Source of the DNA: Bacillota bacterium
Lineage (GTDB): Bacteria; Bacillota; Clostridia; Oscillospirales; Acutalibacteraceae
NCBI GenBank assembly: GCA_021771115.1
Contig: JAETPP010000001.1
Span: 12,746-76,745, forward strand
Direction: 5' to 3'
DNA: 64,000 bases
The notes under the pieces were generated by a model that was given only the letters and a program-made list of their open reading frames with translations, searched no databases and had not been told where the DNA came from. Positions 59,186 through 64,000 of this stretch are shown in pieces (positions within the stretch are counted from its first letter, which is position 1; every line of letters begins with the position of its first letter). The position numbers were made by a program, and so were the translations under genes.

Positions 59186-59509
59186 CTACCAGGCCCAATT
59201 TGTAGTTTCTTCAAACTTCACATAAACGTGCTTTGCCCCCAAAGCCTCCTGAAACAGCTGTACAGCAGCTTCTCCGAATTTCTGAAAAGCGCTTTCGGGG
59301 GCTGTGCCGTAAATGGATACATTTGCCATAACGATGGGGCCGTCCTCACTGCCGCCGAACCACATGCGGCTGCCGGCTGCGATCTGTACCATCAGGGAGC
59401 TTTCCGATTTGCCGGGGATCAGGGAAATCGCTTTTCCCAGCCCGGCCTTCAACTTGGTTTCCTGCTCGGCCGTGACCGGGCAGCTAACCCTCACATCTAC
59501 AAAAGGCAT
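59186..59509 (-). CDS. MIF/phenylpyruvate tautomerase family protein
   Basis: Met-Pro start, IPGKSE..LMV, YVKFE...WAW. Confidence 0.82.
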   Translation of the reverse strand: MPFVDVRVSCPVTAEQETKLKAGLGKAISLIPGKSESSLMVQIAAGSRMWFGGSEDGPIVMANVSIYGTAPESAFQKFGEAAVQLFQEALGAKHVYVKFEETTNWAW

Positions 59510-59608
59510 ATTGCATCTTCCCTTTCCGCGCCTGATTTTTCTATCCGAACAAGGTTCAGTATACAATGAATCCGGAAAAAGCGCAAGGCACTTCCCGGCA
59601 GTATTGCC

Positions 59609-60121
59609 CTAAAAAACGAGCTTTAGCTCCGCTTCCGGGAGCGAATAGCCCAGGCGTGTATCTCCGTGAGGGTTTACACGCACCAGAGAGAAGCCGAACC
59701 GCTCCAGCAGCCGTGCGGATCTCACGTTTCCTTCATAGTGGCAGCCCCAAACAGCCGGGCAGTGCAGCTCTTCCCTGGCATGGCGCAGAACGGCCTCCAA
59801 GGCCTCACCCGCATAGCCATACCCCTGAAAAGCCTCGTCCAGCCAAAAGCCCACCTCCGGTTCCCTGTCGCTTTCCGAGCAGGCGTCTTCTCCAAAACGC
59901 AGGCCGATGCTTCCGATGATCTCTCCGCTTTCCTTCAGCACAAGCTTATAGTCCTCTTTTGAGCTGTAATCCTCACGCAAGGCCCGAAGGGCCTCTTCCT
60001 CACTGGCCATGGCGGGACAGCCCGCGGCCGGCAGGATACGGGGGTTTTTCGTGATCCGGAAAAAAGCAGGAGCATCTTCTGCTTCCCAATTTTTCAAATA
60101 CAGTCTTTTTGTTTCCAGCAC
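59609..60121 (-). CDS. GNAT (RimJ/RimL) N-acetyltransferase
   Basis: LETKRL, EVGFWL...QGYGYA, N.RS.RLLERFGF. Confidence 0.88.
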   Translation of the reverse strand: MLETKRLYLKNWEAEDAPAFFRITKNPRILPAAGCPAMASEEEALRALREDYSSKEDYKLVLKESGEIIGSIGLRFGEDACSESDREPEVGFWLDEAFQGYGYAGEALEAVLRHAREELHCPAVWGCHYEGNVRSARLLERFGFSLVRVNPHGDTRLGYSLPEAELKLVF

Positions 60122-60314
60122 GAGGCTCCCCCTTTTTTTCGATTTTTTGCCGCTTCATCATCCCCACGGCCCGACCTGCTTTCAACTGGTTCAAATTCAG
60201 CCGTCCGGCTATCAGTATACAATGAAACCAAAGAAAGAGCAAGGCCTCTTACCGGGGTAAGAGACCTTGCCAAAAGAGAATTTTCGAGGAAATTCTTTCC
60301 TGTTTTTGTGCGTT

Positions 60315-61241
60315 TTATTTCTGGGGCTTTTCTCCGTCGCTTATCAGCTCCTTCAGAGAAACCGCAAGCCCTGCCAGGCCCTGGATATTGGAGGGAACGA
60401 TGATCTTGGTCGCCTTGCCGTCCGCCGCTTTCTCAAAGGCCTCCAGGCTCTTTAGGGCGATGACCTGCTCGCCGGGGTTCGCCTCATTCATCAGCTTGAT
60501 TGCTTCCGCTCTGGCACGCTGCACGGTAAGCACAGCCTCCGCCTCGCCCTGGGCCTCCCGGATCTTCGTTTCCTTCACGGCCTCCGCGCGAAGCACGGCA
60601 GATTCCTTCTGGCCCTCGGCAATCAGGATGGCGCTGCGCTTTTCGCCCTCGGCGTCCAGGATCTTTGCCCGGCGCTCCCGTTCCGCCTTCATCTGCTTTT
60701 CCATGGAATCCTGGATCTCGGCGGGAGGAATGATGTTTTTCAGTTCTACGCGGTTTACCTTGATGCCCCAGGGATCGGTGGCCTCATCCAGGATCACCCG
60801 GATCTTGGAGTTGATCACATCGCGGCTTGTCAGGGTATGATCCAGCTCCATTTCGCCGATGATATTCCGCAGCGTGGTGGCGCTGAGGTTTTCAATGGCG
60901 GAAATGGGACTTTCCACGCCGTAAGCGTACAGCTTGGGATCGGTGATCTGGAAATAGACCACGGTATCGATCTGCATGGTCACGTTATCCTTTGTGATAA
61001 CAGGCTGGGGCGGGAAATCGATGACCTGCTCCTTCAGGCTCACCTTTCTGGCAATGCGGTCCAAAAAGGGGATCTTGATGTGCAGGCCGGTTCCCCATGC
61101 GGCATGAAACGCGCCCAGGCGCTCCACTACAAAGGCATGGGCCTGGGGAACGATCTTGATATTGGCGATGATCACCGCCAGTACAAAAACAACCAGCACC
61201 GCTGCTATAAAAATTCCAGCAAAAGCTTCCAATCCGGGCAT
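60315..61241 (-). CDS. SPFH/Band 7 (stomatin-like, QmcA) protein
   Basis: VVERLG, ITKDNV, TTLRNIIG, WGIKV, QMKAERERRA. Confidence 0.93.
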   Translation of the reverse strand: MPGLEAFAGIFIAAVLVVFVLAVIIANIKIVPQAHAFVVERLGAFHAAWGTGLHIKIPFLDRIARKVSLKEQVIDFPPQPVITKDNVTMQIDTVVYFQITDPKLYAYGVESPISAIENLSATTLRNIIGEMELDHTLTSRDVINSKIRVILDEATDPWGIKVNRVELKNIIPPAEIQDSMEKQMKAERERRAKILDAEGEKRSAILIAEGQKESAVLRAEAVKETKIREAQGEAEAVLTVQRARAEAIKLMNEANPGEQVIALKSLEAFEKAADGKATKIIVPSNIQGLAGLAVSLKELISDGEKPQK

Positions 61242-61272
61242 AACGATTCTCCTCTCTTTTCTCCGCGCTTTT

Positions 61273-61713
61273 TTAGCGCGTGTGCTCCCAGCGCACGATC
61301 AGCTTTACCCCTTCGATGCGCTCTACCGTAACGGTTTCTCCCTTGGGGATCACCGTGCCTTCCTCTCCGGAGCGGGCGGCCCAGCTATTCCCCCGCACCG
61401 TGACTCTGCCGGTTCCCAGCAGGTCGTTGATATCCTCCGTGACCAAAGCGCTGCGCCCCAGCACCATATCGGCGTTGGTGCTCTCAGCCTTTTCCTTCTG
61501 GAATTTTTTTGCCAGAGGACGGGTGGCCAGCAGGGCCAACGTGGAAACCACCAAAAACAGCAAGACCTGCAGCCATACCGGGCCGTCCAAAAGACTTACG
61601 ATCAGCGCCGCCAGGCCGCCGGGGACAAACCAAATGGACACCAGCGCAGGCACGGCAGCCTCCACCACAGCGGCCAGGATCGTCACGCCCAGCCAGATAT
61701 ACTGCATCATCAT
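61273..61713 (-). CDS. NfeD family protein (short form)
   Basis: TM N-terminus, G.V.V.G.SW.A, V.V..IEGVKLIV; adjacent to SPFH. Confidence 0.88.
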   Translation of the reverse strand: MMMQYIWLGVTILAAVVEAAVPALVSIWFVPGGLAALIVSLLDGPVWLQVLLFLVVSTLALLATRPLAKKFQKEKAESTNADMVLGRSALVTEDINDLLGTGRVTVRGNSWAARSGEEGTVIPKGETVTVERIEGVKLIVRWEHTR

Positions 61714-61841
61714 CTCCATTCCCCCTTCTGCGCTCTGCCGAAAAAGGGCGATATCTTTTTCCGGCACTAAGCATTTTATCTAACAATCAGTATACTGTAT
61801 GGAACAGAAAAAAGCAATATGACTTTTCTGGAAAACCTGCT

Positions 61842-63875
61842 TTACAGCAGGGGGCTTTCCGCTTCTTTTCCGGAAGCAAAGGGGCCCGGCAGCGGAGCAT
61901 TCTCCCGGTTGGCGCCGAAGTAATCGCCGGTAAAGCAAATGGCGGAGCCATCGGGATTTTCAAATTTCTGCTCCGGCTCAAAGGCCATTCCCAAAAGCTC
62001 TGTGGTCACAAGGGCGGTGGAAAGTGCCGGCAGGTGCTCATACAGATCTGTTTCCAGGGTGTACACGCCGTTTTCCTCCTTCAGACGCAGAGTAACGGTA
62101 TCGCTTGCCACCGCGTGGTTCTTTTCCTTCGCGCAGGGCCTTGCGCCGTTAAAGAACACGTTGCCGCCGGTCCAGACAGGCAGATGCATATAGTAGCGGT
62201 CGCTGGAGGCGGAGCCCATGCCGCAGTAGCCCTCAAATTCCCTATCCCACTCCTCAAAGGTGGGATAGCCGTCATAGGGGAAGGTACCGGTTTTCATGTT
62301 GCAGTCGTCCCAGGGATTTTTCTCCTTCTCCATGGCCTCCATGGCCGCCCAGAGAGCGGGATGTACCTGCTGCTGCACAAAAATATTGTTATAGAACCGC
62401 ATATCCCCGTGGAGGAAGGTCATAAAGCCTGCCACCTCCGTGCGGTGAGGGATATGATAGGGCGTATATCTGGGGCAGGCCATCGTTTTCGCGCCGTTAT
62501 CCGTACCGATGCCCACAGAGACCAGGCTGCCCGCAATGAGATTGTGCACCACGGCCACCCCCTGGCAGGGCAGCTTCAAGGAACGGGCGGAAAGCAGCAG
62601 ATTGTTGTCAATGAGGGTGGGGCCGTGGGAGACCTCCACGAAAATATCCTCCCCCATGCCCTGGAACACACCGGCGTCAGGCTCAGTGAGATCGGGCTTC
62701 AAATTCGGCAGGGTATTGTCATGGAACAGGTTTTGGGTCACCCGCGTACCCTGGGCCTGCCAATCCAGCCAAAGACCCCGGGTGCAGTGGTGGATATGGT
62801 TCCGGCGGAAGACCACATCGATAGCGGCGTGCATTTTGATCCCGCCGATCTCCGCCCCGGCCAGGTTCTGCTTATTGTTGATGTGGTGGATATGGTTGTC
62901 TTCAATGACGGAAAAGACGCCGCCCAGGTGGCCCACGATGCCGGTCTGGCCGCAATCGTGAATATTGCAGCGGCGAACGATGTGAGAGCCGATGGTTTCT
63001 TTCGTCCAGCCCTCGGTCTGGGCCTGGCAGATACATTCCCGCTCGGTCTGGGTGCCGTCCTTATACTTCCAGTGAAGCCACTTGTTGTCGTTTCCCTCCT
63101 GCCGGTATTTCCCCAGAGAAATGCCGGAGCATTTGGATTCGCTGATCTCGCAGTCCTCGATGATCCACCCCTTCGCCCAATGCGGGCCTACCATGCCCTC
63201 CTGATACGCAGTGGGCGGCGCCCACTGCGTAGCGGCCTGCCGGATGGCAAACCCGGAAAGGGTGATGTAGTTTTTCCCGGTCTCCGCAGGATAAAAGCAG
63301 TTTTCGCGCACGCTGATCTCCACGTTTTCCCGGTTGGGGTCCGCGCCGTGGAAATTGGCGTAGAGCACCGTGCTGTCCCCCTCCTGCTCCGTATACCAGC
63401 GATACAGCGAGAACTCCGGGTCCCAGGAGGCGGCGTGGATCTCCGGGTGAAGCACGCCCTCCAGCGTTTCCGCCTCATAGAGAGATTTTCCGTTCAGATA
63501 CACCTCGCCGGTGTGGAAGGGCTTTTCCGGGATATACCAATCCCCCTCCAGCAGGGTGGTGTAGGGGTTGTAGCCGCCGAACAGGGAATTGGGGATCCAG
63601 ACGGCCCAAACCTCCCCTTCGAAGGGCTTCCAGCTTTTTACCTGCTCCGCTCCGGTGATCACGGCCTTTCCCGGCTCCAAAGAGCGGTAGACGATCCGGT
63701 GTGCCTCGTCCGTTCCGCCGTTTTTGGGGTTGACCCATTCCCGGTAAACGCCGGGCGCTACCAGCACCTCGTCCTCCGCTTTGGCCGCCTCCGCCGCCTG
63801 GGAAATGGTACAAAAGGGAGCCTCCTTTGTTCCTTTTCCGTTTGGAAGCGCATTTTGGTTTACATAAATTTCCAC
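61842..63875 (-). CDS. GH120 beta-xylosidase-like right-handed beta-helix protein
   Basis: GVYREWVNP, WAPPTAYQEG.VGPHWAKGWIIE, EIGGIKMHAAID, WLDWQAQG, EVSHGP recall XylC/GH120. Confidence 0.8.
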   Translation of the reverse strand: MEIYVNQNALPNGKGTKEAPFCTISQAAEAAKAEDEVLVAPGVYREWVNPKNGGTDEAHRIVYRSLEPGKAVITGAEQVKSWKPFEGEVWAVWIPNSLFGGYNPYTTLLEGDWYIPEKPFHTGEVYLNGKSLYEAETLEGVLHPEIHAASWDPEFSLYRWYTEQEGDSTVLYANFHGADPNRENVEISVRENCFYPAETGKNYITLSGFAIRQAATQWAPPTAYQEGMVGPHWAKGWIIEDCEISESKCSGISLGKYRQEGNDNKWLHWKYKDGTQTERECICQAQTEGWTKETIGSHIVRRCNIHDCGQTGIVGHLGGVFSVIEDNHIHHINNKQNLAGAEIGGIKMHAAIDVVFRRNHIHHCTRGLWLDWQAQGTRVTQNLFHDNTLPNLKPDLTEPDAGVFQGMGEDIFVEVSHGPTLIDNNLLLSARSLKLPCQGVAVVHNLIAGSLVSVGIGTDNGAKTMACPRYTPYHIPHRTEVAGFMTFLHGDMRFYNNIFVQQQVHPALWAAMEAMEKEKNPWDDCNMKTGTFPYDGYPTFEEWDREFEGYCGMGSASSDRYYMHLPVWTGGNVFFNGARPCAKEKNHAVASDTVTLRLKEENGVYTLETDLYEHLPALSTALVTTELLGMAFEPEQKFENPDGSAICFTGDYFGANRENAPLPGPFASGKEAESPLL

Positions 63876-64000
63876 AGCTTACAACTCCGTTTCTTTCCTG
63901 AAAAATTTGTGATATACTGGATCTCGGATGCACGGCAAAAAAGCAAAAGCGCCGCAAACACCGGAATACAGCTTCATTATAAAACGCTTTGCCTGCCGGG

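Overview
Chromosomal window from a GC-rich, spore-forming Firmicute (Clostridia, Oscillospiraceae/Acutalibacteraceae-like; inferred from gene content and style). Most of it is housekeeping: a YesM/YesN-type two-component pair, trmB, a threonine/aspartate-family operon (thrR-hom-thrB-DHFR-like-lysC), a class A PBP, a BofC-like gene, tRNA-Thr(CGT), dnaD plus a DnaC/DnaI-like loader, a ThrE pair, a RluA-family synthase, pyrBI, yebC, malQ-glgP-mntP, ilvE, two esterases, proBAC, a hexuronate operon (uxaC-uxuA-uxuB-eda), MATE, TspO, a Tet-RPP-like GTPase, CorC, a cobalamin riboswitch with an ECF/DUF4430 pair, tRNA-Leu(TAG), an orphan MazF, a pur cluster with split PurH/PurO, an aminopeptidase, MIF, SPFH/NfeD and a GH120 xylosidase. 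The unusual content is non-coding. (1) A REP-associated tyrosine transposase (RAYT) gene inside the uxa operon carries two inverted REPs in its own coding sequence. It is frameshifted by a 53-bp hairpin element whose exact removal restores the ORF. (2) A second, 51-bp member of that micro-element family sits inside an intergenic REP doublet. (3) Intergenic spacers are built from concentric, inverted repeat modules in a conserved order, and 7-bp arrays begin at the TAG stop codons of five genes. (4) A GTGAAAT/ATTTCAC hairpin array lies next to tRNA-Leu. (5) A roughly 200-bp MITE-like element lies upstream of purM. No CRISPR array, rRNA or prophage was seen. All calls are by eye from motifs; no database search was run.
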